Shown here: in pieces, positions 16,678-25,393 of the stretch
Position numbering within the stretch: the first letter of the stretch is position 1
Layout of the letters: each line of letters opens with the position of its first letter
DNA from: Pyrinomonadaceae bacterium
GTDB lineage: Bacteria; Acidobacteriota; Blastocatellia; Pyrinomonadales; Pyrinomonadaceae
Assembly (NCBI GenBank): GCA_963702045.1
Contig: OY969701.1
Location: 3,886,452 to 3,950,451 of the forward strand
DNA length: 64,000 nt
Reading direction: 5' to 3'
Made by a program: the position numbers and the translations under genes
Notes under the pieces: model-generated
The model's database searches: none
What the model was told of the DNA's origin: nothing
The model's input: the letters and a program-made list of their open reading frames with translations, nothing else

Positions 16678-17349
16678 TTAACCGTTATCTTTGATAGCTT
16701 CTTCAAGAGCAGCGCGAAGCTTGGGCGGGGTTTCGGAAGCGCTAAAGCCGACGAAGCGCTTCAGCACCCTTCCGTCGCGAGAGATGATAAAGCTCTGCGG
16801 AATGTTGTTCCTCACCTGGCCCTGCATTAAACCCATCGCCAATTCCTGATCGGTCCAGCCAATCTTATAAGTTATCTTAAACTGGCTGACGAAGTCCTTG
16901 ACCTTTTCGAGGTCCGCGACCGGGTCTTCGTTGGTTAATCCGACGACTTCAACGCCCCTGGGTCCGTACTCGTTCGCCACACGAATCAAATCCGGGATCT
17001 CGGATCGGCACGGCCCGCACCAGGTAGCCCACAAATTAACCAGCAGCACCTTGCCTTTGTAATCGCCCAGCTTAAACGATTTGCCGTCAATCGACTTTAC
17101 TTCAGCCTCCATAACACTGGCCGGCAAAGGCTTGGCCGGCGCCGGAGGTGTATTCGGTTTTGCGCCTGGAACAGTCCCGTCGGGCGCTTTCGAATCAGGA
17201 TTCGACGCCGTGCTCGGGTTGGCTGAATTCGGATCAGACGGAGTGCACGCCGCGACGGCAAAGAGCGTGACAAGAGTGAATATGAAAGCAGTTTGGATCA
17301 GGCGCGCCGGTGTCCAGAAAGTCCTGCGCGGTTCGTTTGAAGAAGTCAT
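16678..17349 (-). CDS. TlpA/ResA-family thiol-disulfide oxidoreductase lipoprotein
   Basis: Lipobox LFAVAAC, Pro/Ala-rich linker, and a thioredoxin fold with WATWCGPCRSEIPDL. Confidence 0.9.
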   Translation of the reverse strand: MTSSNEPRRTFWTPARLIQTAFIFTLVTLFAVAACTPSDPNSANPSTASNPDSKAPDGTVPGAKPNTPPAPAKPLPASVMEAEVKSIDGKSFKLGDYKGKVLLVNLWATWCGPCRSEIPDLIRVANEYGPRGVEVVGLTNEDPVADLEKVKDFVSQFKITYKIGWTDQELAMGLMQGQVRNNIPQSFIISRDGRVLKRFVGFSASETPPKLRAALEEAIKDNG

Positions 17350-17376
17350 CTGATTGAATAATTCCTTTTGCCCTGG

Positions 17377-17970
17377 TTAATAAATAACGTCGAAAGTTGC
17401 GATGCGTTGCAGGTCCGATCCTACGATCGCAAAATTGGATCCTGTCAGCGGCTCACGCGGTCGAACTTCCATAAAGAGCATACCACCATCACGCGCCAGC
17501 ACGCGATAATGCGGCTTTACGATTTGATCGGAATCGATCGCAAAACCCTTCTGGCCTTTCTGCGCCATTGCAGTGACTCGCCGATCGCCTCGTCTTTGCG
17601 TCAACTGCACAAGAAAAGGTGGATGCTGATTCGGCTCGTCCCGCACAAACATGTAGATGCGCGGGAGCGGGTCGTTCACTTTCGATGTTGAATTGGTTCC
17701 CTTCAGTTCAATGAAGCTGGTTTTGTCGCTACCGGCCACTTCCGAGGGCTTAAGCGAAGTGGCACCTCTTTCAAACGGCAAAGCGACGAGCGCGCCGGAT
17801 TTGTCGGCTATGTAAACCAACGAGCGATCTGCGGGAGGCGATGGGATCGTTTCCTGAGTTGCAAAAGCAAGACGAACGGATGAGGTTTGAAAAGCGAATG
17901 ATGTAGGAAGAACTACGAACAATAGCCCGGCTAACGCAATTCTCACTAGCCTAAGCAATTCTCCTGTCAT
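17377..17970 (-). CDS. secreted hypothetical protein
   Basis: Start moved to the internal Met (MTGELLRLVRIALAGLLFVVLPTSFA signal peptide). The upstream 43 codons of the listed ORF run into repeat D2. Confidence 0.6.
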   Translation of the reverse strand: MTGELLRLVRIALAGLLFVVLPTSFAFQTSSVRLAFATQETIPSPPADRSLVYIADKSGALVALPFERGATSLKPSEVAGSDKTSFIELKGTNSTSKVNDPLPRIYMFVRDEPNQHPPFLVQLTQRRGDRRVTAMAQKGQKGFAIDSDQIVKPHYRVLARDGGMLFMEVRPREPLTGSNFAIVGSDLQRIATFDVIY

Positions 17971-18001
17971 CCGGTACCGGTGCAGTTTGGGAGAAGTTAA
18001 A

Positions 18002-18125
18002 GACGAACCACGAAATACACCAAACCGAAAACCAAAATCACACGAAGTAAATGACTTTTCTCGACGGGTTCCACTTGATTCGTGTAATTGGTTTTTCATT
18101 TTCTTCGTGCATTTCGTGGTTCGTC
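18002..18125. repeat. Family D MITE-like palindromic element, copy 2 of 4
   Basis: GACGAACCACGAAATAC ... GCATTTCGTGGTTCGTC termini and AAATCACACGAA / TTCGTGTAATTGG inner boxes. Confidence 0.9.
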
Positions 18126-18182
18126 TTTAACTTCTCCCTAACTACCTCTGTACTGTCATCCTAACGCCCTGGCCCTTCATCC

Positions 18183-21100
18183 TCACCCAATGTCCTGCGA
18201 ACGTAACGCGATGATCGTAGCGATGATCAAACCGAAAAACATTATGAGCAGGACGATCGGATTCAAAAGCGTGTGTCCCCACGGATGCAGGAAATTCACG
18301 TAATTGCTCAGATCTTCCGGGATCTTTACCGCCTCCTGAATCTTCGGCGCGGGCGCCAACTCCGGCGCAGCCGGTTTTTCCCCGCTGACGCCGCGCTGCA
18401 TGTCCGTCAGATACGTTTCCATTTTGTCCTGATAGTCCCTGGACTCTTTGTCGGCGTCTGACCGGTATTTCTCGATATCGGCTTTGGCCTGTTCGATGTT
18501 GTCTTCGTTTTTCTTCTCGACGTACTTGTAGACACCGCGCCCTTCGTTCGGACCATTAGGGTCCGAGCCCTCTTCTTCCAACGTGTCGAGACCAGACAGT
18601 CGTTTCATTTCGTCAAACGACCAGGTGGCCGGCATTGTCAGTCCGACTAACTTCGAAACTCCGGTGGGAACTCCGACCAGTCCCGAAAACAGAATCTGCG
18701 GAATCAGGATGAGCGGGACCAGGCTGGTGGCCATCTCGGAAGTCTTTACGATCGCGGAGATGAAAAGGCCCAGCGCGATTCCGACCATGCCTGTAACGAT
18801 CATGACCAGGAGTTGCGGGAAGCCGAATAACCACTCGGGCCAGGCCGGCAATTTCGTCAGGCCGGCTAGATCGAAAAGCTTCAGCGTGCCGAAAAGCAGA
18901 ACGCATTGAACGCCGACGATCAACGAAAGCACGAGCAGCTTCGAGCCGACGTATGGCAACAAGCCAAGATTGACCATCCGTTCGCGGTTGTAGACAGCCC
19001 GCTCGCGTATGATTTCGCGCGCCGCCACCGACGTGCCGAACCAAACGGCGACCAGAGCCAGAACAAAGAACGGAAAGTCGCGGGGCGCGTCCGCCGCCAC
19101 GACCAGATAGGTCAGTACCGCCACGATCGGCGCCTGGCCAAACAGGATCAGCAGGTTGAATTTGTCACGTCCGAGAACTTCCATGTATCGGCGCGCGAGC
19201 GTGGCCCATTGTCTGAGCGCGTCGGTCACACTTGGCCGGCGCTTGGCAGGCGCGTTGACCTGCATGTCGCGTTTGAGTCCGCTGAGCGGTTGGACGATGT
19301 TCTGCTGATACTGTGACGTCTGTTGGAATCTGCGTTTCCAATCGTTCGCGACCTCTTCCGAGATCTGTTCCTTGCGAAGCTTGAAATCCTTCTTCTGTTC
19401 GCCAGTAGAGTCGGGCGGAAGCGGCGGCATTTTCGCAACTTTATCGTCGATCGGCGCTTCCAGTTTGTCGTACAAGTCTTTGAAGCTGTCCGCCTTTACG
19501 TGGGCCAGCGCTTCCTGCGGCGCGCCGTAGAAAACAAGCTTGCCGCGCATCATGACCACGATCTTGTCGAACAGTTTCACGTTCTCCATCGCGTGCGTGG
19601 TCAGGATTACCGTGCGGCCACTCTCCGCGATCGTTCGGAACAGCCGCATGATCTTCTCTTCGGTAGCCGGATCAAGACCCGACGTCGGTTCGTCAAGAAA
19701 GATAACCGACGGTTTTGTGATGAGCTCGACAGCGATCGAAACGCGTTTTCGCTGGCCGCCGGACAATTGACCGACCGGAACATCGCGTCGTTCTGCCAGG
19801 CCTGTGACGTCCATCACCTCGCTGACGATCTGATCAATTTCCTGTTTCGAAACGTCGCTCGAGAGGCGCAGTCGCGCGACATAGTAAAGCGTGCGATAGA
19901 CGGTCAACTCGCGGTGAATGATGTCGTCCTGCGGAACGTAGCCGATCGACTGCTTGATCGAATCCAGATGCTGATAGAGATCCAGGTTGTTGATCAGCAC
20001 GTGGCCGCTGGAAGCAGGCCGCATCCCGTTGAGCGAATCCATCAGCGTCGACTTGCCGGCTCCCGACGGACCCAACAGTCCGACAAACTCGTTCGGCTGG
20101 ATCGTCAGGTCGACATCGTCGAGCAGCTTTATCATCCCGCCGCCCGAGCGGTTTTTCACTTCTTTCGTAATGTCGATGCAATCGATTCGCGTTTTTGAAC
20201 GCGTGTCAAAAATCGCTACGCCGCGCTGTGCATCCGCTTGAAGAACGAACGGACCGATCTGAACTACGTCCTGGTTTTGAACCGGACGACGGCCGGTTAT
20301 GCGGGTTCCGTTTACGTAGACTCCGTTGGTCGAGCCGGCATCTTCGATAAAGACGCTGCTGCCCTGTTGCTTTACGGTGGCGTGGTGATTCGAGATCTGC
20401 AGTCCGTCGAGCCGGATATCGTTGTCAGGTGCGCGACCGATAGAAAGTTGCGCCCGTCCGTCAAACGCGAGCTGCATCAAGAGCTGAGGCTGCGCACCGC
20501 CCTGCGACGGATGCGGCATTTGCTGGCTGAGCGAACCTGAGCCCGGCTTGACCACCATCGTGCCCATGTGGACGCCCTGCCGGGGCGATACAGGAGCCGG
20601 GCCGCCACCGACCGCGGGGACTGCGCCGCTGACGTTGCGTTGCGCTGCGGGCTGTCCGGCCGCCAGAGCCGGATGGGCCGGATCGTTAAATCTGAGAATC
20701 GGACCGCCCATTCCCAACTGAAGTCGATCGCCGTCATACAAAGGCGTCGGCGCGGTTATGCGCTGGTCGTTGATCAGCGTTCCGTTAAAACTGCCCAGAT
20801 CAAACAGAACGCATTGGCCGTCTCGTCGTCGGATTTCAGCGTGCTTGCGCGAGACCACCGCAGAGTCGGCATCGATGACAACGTCTGCGGCCGGGTCGCG
20901 GCCGAGGAGTATCACTTCCTTGTCACTGATCGTTACCCGCTCCATTTTGCCGGTCGCCGATCGCAGCAATTCGATCGTCGGTTGCGCCGCAGACGGCGCG
21001 GATTTTTTTGGCGGAGGCGGAGCAGCGGGGGGTGGTGGCGGAGGCGGAGCTACTGCAGCCGGTGGCGGCGCTGCGGGTGGTTTCGGGGCTGCTGGTTTTT

Positions 21101-21542
21101 GTGCCGGCGGAGGTGGCGGAGACGGGGCGGCCGGTTTGACGGGTTCCTGAACTGCCATACCCGACGGCAAGTCGCGATGCGTTTCCATATCGGCGCGAAC
21201 CGGCGGGGGCTGCTGTAGCGGTGCCGCAGATTCAATTCGCGCGACACGCATCACGGGACCACCCGCGCCGAACTGAATACTGGCTCCGGATTTGATTTCG
21301 GTCGGCTCGCTGACTCGCTGGCCGTTGACGAAAGTTCCAAAGCTGGAATTCGTATCAACCAGCAAACACCGCTCGTCCTTCAAACGAAACTCGGCATGTC
21401 TGCGCGAGACCATGGGCCATTCTGTCTGGTCGAACACGATGTGACATTCAGAAGGGTCGCGTCCGACTTTGACGGTCTGTTGATCAAACGAGCGCTCGCC
21501 GCGCTGCTGTCCATTGCGTTCTTCGATTAGAACGATTTTCAT
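18183..21542 (-). CDS. ABC exporter (fused ATPase plus ABC-2 permease) with three N-terminal FHA domains
   Basis: Three FHA cores (GRDPSECHIVF..VSRRHAEF..SSFGTFVNG; GRDPAADVVI..VSRKHAEI..SFNGTLIND; GRAPDNDIRL..ISNHHATV..STNGVYVNG) are separated by Pro-rich linkers. Then Walker A GPSGAGKST, LSGGQRKR, IFLDEPTSGLD, and about six C-terminal TM helices. Confidence 0.93.
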   Translation of the reverse strand: MKIVLIEERNGQQRGERSFDQQTVKVGRDPSECHIVFDQTEWPMVSRRHAEFRLKDERCLLVDTNSSFGTFVNGQRVSEPTEIKSGASIQFGAGGPVMRVARIESAAPLQQPPPVRADMETHRDLPSGMAVQEPVKPAAPSPPPPPAQKPAAPKPPAAPPPAAVAPPPPPPPAAPPPPKKSAPSAAQPTIELLRSATGKMERVTISDKEVILLGRDPAADVVIDADSAVVSRKHAEIRRRDGQCVLFDLGSFNGTLINDQRITAPTPLYDGDRLQLGMGGPILRFNDPAHPALAAGQPAAQRNVSGAVPAVGGGPAPVSPRQGVHMGTMVVKPGSGSLSQQMPHPSQGGAQPQLLMQLAFDGRAQLSIGRAPDNDIRLDGLQISNHHATVKQQGSSVFIEDAGSTNGVYVNGTRITGRRPVQNQDVVQIGPFVLQADAQRGVAIFDTRSKTRIDCIDITKEVKNRSGGGMIKLLDDVDLTIQPNEFVGLLGPSGAGKSTLMDSLNGMRPASSGHVLINNLDLYQHLDSIKQSIGYVPQDDIIHRELTVYRTLYYVARLRLSSDVSKQEIDQIVSEVMDVTGLAERRDVPVGQLSGGQRKRVSIAVELITKPSVIFLDEPTSGLDPATEEKIMRLFRTIAESGRTVILTTHAMENVKLFDKIVVMMRGKLVFYGAPQEALAHVKADSFKDLYDKLEAPIDDKVAKMPPLPPDSTGEQKKDFKLRKEQISEEVANDWKRRFQQTSQYQQNIVQPLSGLKRDMQVNAPAKRRPSVTDALRQWATLARRYMEVLGRDKFNLLILFGQAPIVAVLTYLVVAADAPRDFPFFVLALVAVWFGTSVAAREIIRERAVYNRERMVNLGLLPYVGSKLLVLSLIVGVQCVLLFGTLKLFDLAGLTKLPAWPEWLFGFPQLLVMIVTGMVGIALGLFISAIVKTSEMATSLVPLILIPQILFSGLVGVPTGVSKLVGLTMPATWSFDEMKRLSGLDTLEEEGSDPNGPNEGRGVYKYVEKKNEDNIEQAKADIEKYRSDADKESRDYQDKMETYLTDMQRGVSGEKPAAPELAPAPKIQEAVKIPEDLSNYVNFLHPWGHTLLNPIVLLIMFFGLIIATIIALRSQDIG

Positions 21543-21549
21543 AGGGGAT

Positions 21550-22372
21550 GCTTTCTGTAAGAACTCAGGAGTCAGAAGTCAGGAGTCAGAATAAGAACTC
21601 TGGTAGGCTTGCCTCCTGTGTTCTGTCTCCTGACTTCTGTCTCCTGCCTTTCAGCTTTCTGTAAGAACTCAGGAGTCAGAAGTCAGGAATCAGAATAAGA
21701 ACTCTGGTAGGCTTGCCTCCTGTGTTCTGTCTCCTGACTTCTGTCTCCTGACTTCTGTCTCCTGACTTCTGTCTCCTGCTTTTCAGCTTTCTGTAAGAAC
21801 TCAGGAGTCAGAATAAGAACTCTGGTAGGCTTGCCTCCTGTGTTCTGTCTCCTGACTTCTGTCTCCTGCTTTTCAGCTTTCTGTAAGAACTCAGGAGTCA
21901 GGAGTCAGAATAAGAACTCTGGTAGGCTTGCCTCCTGTGTTCTGTCTCCTGACTTCTGTCTCCTGCTTTTCAGCTTTCTGTAAGAACTCAGGAGTCAGAA
22001 GTCAGGAATCAGAATAAGAACTCTGGTAGGCTTGCCTCCTGTGTTCTGCCTCCTGACTTCTGTCTCCTGTTTTTCAGCTTTCTGTAAGAACTCAGGAGTC
22101 AGGAATCAGAATAAGAACTCTGGTAGGCTTGCCTCCTGTGTTCTGTCTCCTGACTTCTGTCTCCTGCTTTTCAGCTTTCTGTAAGAACTCAGGAGTCAGG
22201 AATCAGAATAAGAACTCTGGTAGGCTTGCCTCCTGTGTTCTGTCTCCTGACTTCTGTCTCCTGCTTTTCAGCTTTCTGTAAGAACTCAGGAGTCAGGAAT
22301 CAGAATAAGAACTCTCGTAGGCTTGCCTCCTGTGTTCTGTCTCCTGACTTCTGTCTCCTGCTTTTTCAGCTT
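21550..22372. repeat. tandem array of 8 hairpin units (Family H, heptamer-repeat arms)
   Basis: Units start at 21550, 21654, 21786, 21876, 21973, 22077, 22174 and 22271, with lengths 104, 132, 90, 97, 104, 97, 97 and 98. Each unit is GCTTTCTGTAAGAACTC + (AGRAGTC)n + loop ATAAGAACTCTGGTAGGCTTGCCTCCTGTG + (TTCTGTC TCCTGAC)n + TGCTTTTCA. Confidence 0.95.
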
Positions 22373-24018
22373 TTTCCCAACGTGAACGAATTTAGAATCA
22401 TCGGCAGCTCCCCTTTGACGCCGACATCGTCAACGCTTTGGAGTTCGGGAGCCAACGACGTGGTTAGCATGTAGAGCGTCACGCCTTTTGAATTGTTTTC
22501 ATCTCCGGGAGGCAGGTAAACGACACGACCCCAAATGTTCATGTCACTCCCGTCCGGTCCCGCCGAGATTGCCTTGAAGCGAACTTCGTATCCTTCGATC
22601 CCGTTGATCGTGGTCTTGCCTTCCGAAACCTTCTGATATTCCGGTAACGTCTTCGAGTAATTCTCGTCCAATGCCTTGATCAGGTCCGGCAGTCGTCCGG
22701 CCAGGTCGGCTTCAATCGTGCCTTTGCTGTCGTACCAGCTAACGGCCAGATCTTCCTGCGTTTTATCTGGCGGAAGCCGTCGCTCGACTTCCACGAAATT
22801 GGCGGCGCCGGGCACTCCGGCTTTGGGACTTTTTTGCCACGACTGCGGATAGTAGAAATAGAAATCAACGTAGTGCTCGGCAAGTTTTCCGTCCAGCGTG
22901 TCCTTCGTGTTTTCAAACTTGATCGAACCCGGCGGAGCATCCGGCACTTTTACCGCTTGCGTCGGGGACGGGCTGGCGGCGACGTTCGCGTTGCGATTGT
23001 TATTAATAGTTGGATCGACGGTTACAACTCCGCCGTCGTCTTTCGGCGCCTTGTTACGAATAAAGATGAAGTACGCACCCACTCCTCCGGCGATCAAAAG
23101 CAAGAGAACGAGGACGCCGCCAACCGCCAGAACCAATCCGAGCTTCGATTTTTTTTGCGGCGCCGCGGGCGGCTGATTGATCGGGCCCGTCGTTGGCGTC
23201 GTTGGCGTCGTGGGCGTCGTGGGCGTCGTGGGCGTCGTTGGCGTCGTGGGCGCCGAGGGCTGTGCAGCGGATTGCGGACCCAGCTGCTGACTAAACTGGC
23301 TGTCAAAAGTCGGGGTTTCGCGGTGTGATTCGCGCGAAGCGTCCATCGGTCCCGTTTGGAACGGCGCTCCGGTGGTGGGTGGAAGCGGCGGTGGAGCAGG
23401 CGGAGTCGGCGGCGCCATCATCGTCGGAAATTGCTGCGGCGGCGGAGATTGCGGCGGTGGAGATTGCCTCGGCGGCTCGGCTGCCGGTGGCTCTTCCGAA
23501 CGCAGTGGCGGCAATGGCTGCGAAAGCCTTGTTGTCTGTTGCTGCAGACCCTTGGTTTCTCCCGACGGACCAAAAGTGCTCGTGCCCAACAGCGTAGGCG
23601 CCGACGAAGGCGACACAGGAGGTTGTTGTTGTGAAGGCGGTTGTTGGGGCGGCTGAGCCTGTTGCGGAGGCGGAGGCGGTTGCTGTGGTGGCTGAGCCTG
23701 TTGCGGAGGCGCCGGTTGTTGCGGCTGCGGCGGCTGTGCTTGTTGCGGAGGCTGTGGTTGTGGCGGCTGCGGCTGTGGGGGCGTCGAGGGCAATGGTCCT
23801 GCAATCGTTGCGTTTAGGTCTTGCGGTCGCTCGGCCGGCTGTCGCGGAGCCGGCGGCGTTGTCGGAATATCCAAATTCGAGAGATGCCCCTGAACAGTAG
23901 CATTCGGATCAAAAACCTGCGGCCGTTCAAAATCCGGCACCAGCCTTCCGCCGTCGTGCGTACAGAACTTCTGCATGTCGTCCTGATAACTGCGATTACA
24001 TTTCGGGCAACGAAGCAT
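22366..24018 (-). CDS. zinc-ribbon, Pro/Gln-rich single-pass membrane protein with a C-terminal extracytoplasmic domain
   Basis: N-terminus MLRCPKCNRSYQDDMQKFCTHDGGRL, about 270 aa of P/Q low complexity including a (PTT)n tract, TM segment LGLVLAVGGVLVLLLLIAGGVGAYFIFI, and a C-terminal domain of about 220 aa of normal composition. Confidence 0.75.
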   Translation of the reverse strand: MLRCPKCNRSYQDDMQKFCTHDGGRLVPDFERPQVFDPNATVQGHLSNLDIPTTPPAPRQPAERPQDLNATIAGPLPSTPPQPQPPQPQPPQQAQPPQPQQPAPPQQAQPPQQPPPPPQQAQPPQQPPSQQQPPVSPSSAPTLLGTSTFGPSGETKGLQQQTTRLSQPLPPLRSEEPPAAEPPRQSPPPQSPPPQQFPTMMAPPTPPAPPPLPPTTGAPFQTGPMDASRESHRETPTFDSQFSQQLGPQSAAQPSAPTTPTTPTTPTTPTTPTTPTTGPINQPPAAPQKKSKLGLVLAVGGVLVLLLLIAGGVGAYFIFIRNKAPKDDGGVVTVDPTINNNRNANVAASPSPTQAVKVPDAPPGSIKFENTKDTLDGKLAEHYVDFYFYYPQSWQKSPKAGVPGAANFVEVERRLPPDKTQEDLAVSWYDSKGTIEADLAGRLPDLIKALDENYSKTLPEYQKVSEGKTTINGIEGYEVRFKAISAGPDGSDMNIWGRVVYLPPGDENNSKGVTLYMLTTSLAPELQSVDDVGVKGELPMILNSFTLGKS

Positions 24019-24059
24019 AAAAATCCTCGATTGATAACGGTGGCCTAGCTAATGTCTTA

Positions 24060-25337
24060 TCAATTATTCCCACGTGCCGCAGCGATCTTGTTCGGCAGCT
24101 CGGCATTATTCGGATCCAGTTCAAGCGCCCGCAAATAAACACGCAGCGCGTCACGGCCGCGGCCCGTCTTCATGTATCCGTCGCCCACGCCGGTCAATCC
24201 AAACGAGCCTGCCAGACTCCTGCGATCGCCAGCCGATGCAATCAAAGCCGCGCGCTCGTAGGTCTTCTCCGCATCTTCAAACCGATCTGCGCGGAGATAA
24301 AGCGAGCCCAGCAACTGGTAAGGCGCAATGCTCTTCGGGCTGTTCTCGATCAAGTTGGTGAGCACGGGTTCGGCTTCATCATATCGTCGAAGTGCTACCA
24401 GGAGCTTACTCAGAAAATAGAGCGCGCTCAAATTCTTGCCGTCCAGTTGAAGCGCTCGGCGCAACAGTGGCTCGGCCTCGATATAACGCTGTTCCGACTC
24501 CAACGCCTCGGCGATCAATACCAGCGTCGGAGCATCGTTTGCGAGCTCGATCGCGCGCCGATAATAAGGCTCGGCGTCCTGCGCGCGTCCCATTTTTCTG
24601 AGCAGCCGGCCGAGGTGAACCTGCGCCACGGCAAACTGCGGATCTGCCTCAACCGCGCTGCGATACGCCTGTTCGGTCTCGCCGCTGAGAATTCCGCGTG
24701 CTTCCAGCGCGACGCCCAGCCGGTCGAAAGCGATTGCGTAAGTCGGCTGTAACTGGATCGCGCGTCTGGCGAATCGTTCCGCGTCAACCAAACGCCCGGC
24801 CATGCTGCCGCCGCTTCTCGGCTGAACCAGCACATAGCTGAGCGCGACATAAGCGTCTGTGCTCAGTTGATTGTATTGAACTGCCTGGCGGTAGGCCTTC
24901 TCGGCCTCTTCCCAACGATGCTGGTCCGTGTAGATATTTCCGAGGCCGTAATACGCGCGATGGTCGCGCGCCTTCAGGTCGATGGCCTCGCGGTAAGCCC
25001 GCTCAGCTCCGGAATAATTGCGTGCGTCGCGCGCTTCGTTTCCTTCGTCCAGCTTATCTTCGACCGCCTCTTCGATTTCTTCGGGCGATGGTCCAGTCGG
25101 TTTTCCTTTGGGCGCCTTTGGTTTCGGCCGAGGGCTTGAAACTCTGGCGCCGCTACCGCTCGCTCGTCGCTTGCTCTTAGTTTCGGGATTTCTCGGTCGG
25201 AAAATTCCCGCGCCGCCGCCTAGCTCGCCGCCGGCTTCCTGCGCGCCGACAACTGCGGCCATGGAAAGAAGCATCGCCGCGCAAACGACGAACATCATCG
25301 GCGCGCAAGCGATACGAATACGACTAACAAATCTCAT
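24060..25337 (-). CDS. secreted tetratricopeptide-repeat protein
   Basis: Signal-like CAPMMFVVCAAMLLSMAAVVGA, basic linker, then about 9 TPR-like 34-aa repeats (AERAYREAIDL, AEKAYRQAVQY, AEPYYRRAIEL and others). GAGGAG Shine-Dalgarno sequence upstream. Confidence 0.85.
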   Translation of the reverse strand: MRFVSRIRIACAPMMFVVCAAMLLSMAAVVGAQEAGGELGGGAGIFRPRNPETKSKRRASGSGARVSSPRPKPKAPKGKPTGPSPEEIEEAVEDKLDEGNEARDARNYSGAERAYREAIDLKARDHRAYYGLGNIYTDQHRWEEAEKAYRQAVQYNQLSTDAYVALSYVLVQPRSGGSMAGRLVDAERFARRAIQLQPTYAIAFDRLGVALEARGILSGETEQAYRSAVEADPQFAVAQVHLGRLLRKMGRAQDAEPYYRRAIELANDAPTLVLIAEALESEQRYIEAEPLLRRALQLDGKNLSALYFLSKLLVALRRYDEAEPVLTNLIENSPKSIAPYQLLGSLYLRADRFEDAEKTYERAALIASAGDRRSLAGSFGLTGVGDGYMKTGRGRDALRVYLRALELDPNNAELPNKIAAARGNN

Positions 25338-25393
25338 TATTTCTCCTCACGGAAAATTCTTTAATCAGGCGGTCAAGTCAAAAGAGCAAATGA

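Noticed and set aside
19323-20198. Long antisense or alternative-frame ORFs. These include 19323..20198 and also 1508..2338, 5625..6158, 8136..8738, 20568..21218, 27332..28000, 35446..36102, 39435..40202, 44881..45555, 48443..49342, 55872..56555, 56806..57594, 58973..59560 and 62018..62527.
   Set aside because: Each overlaps a gene with clear family motifs or normal composition on the other strand or frame. Their own translations are Arg-rich low-complexity strings.
21550-22372. Possible CRISPR array (regularly spaced repeats of about 100 nt).
   Set aside because: The units abut each other with no unique spacers. Each whole unit, including its loop and linker, is repeated, and the units are long hairpins of variable length. 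No cas genes or leader-like sequence occur in the window.
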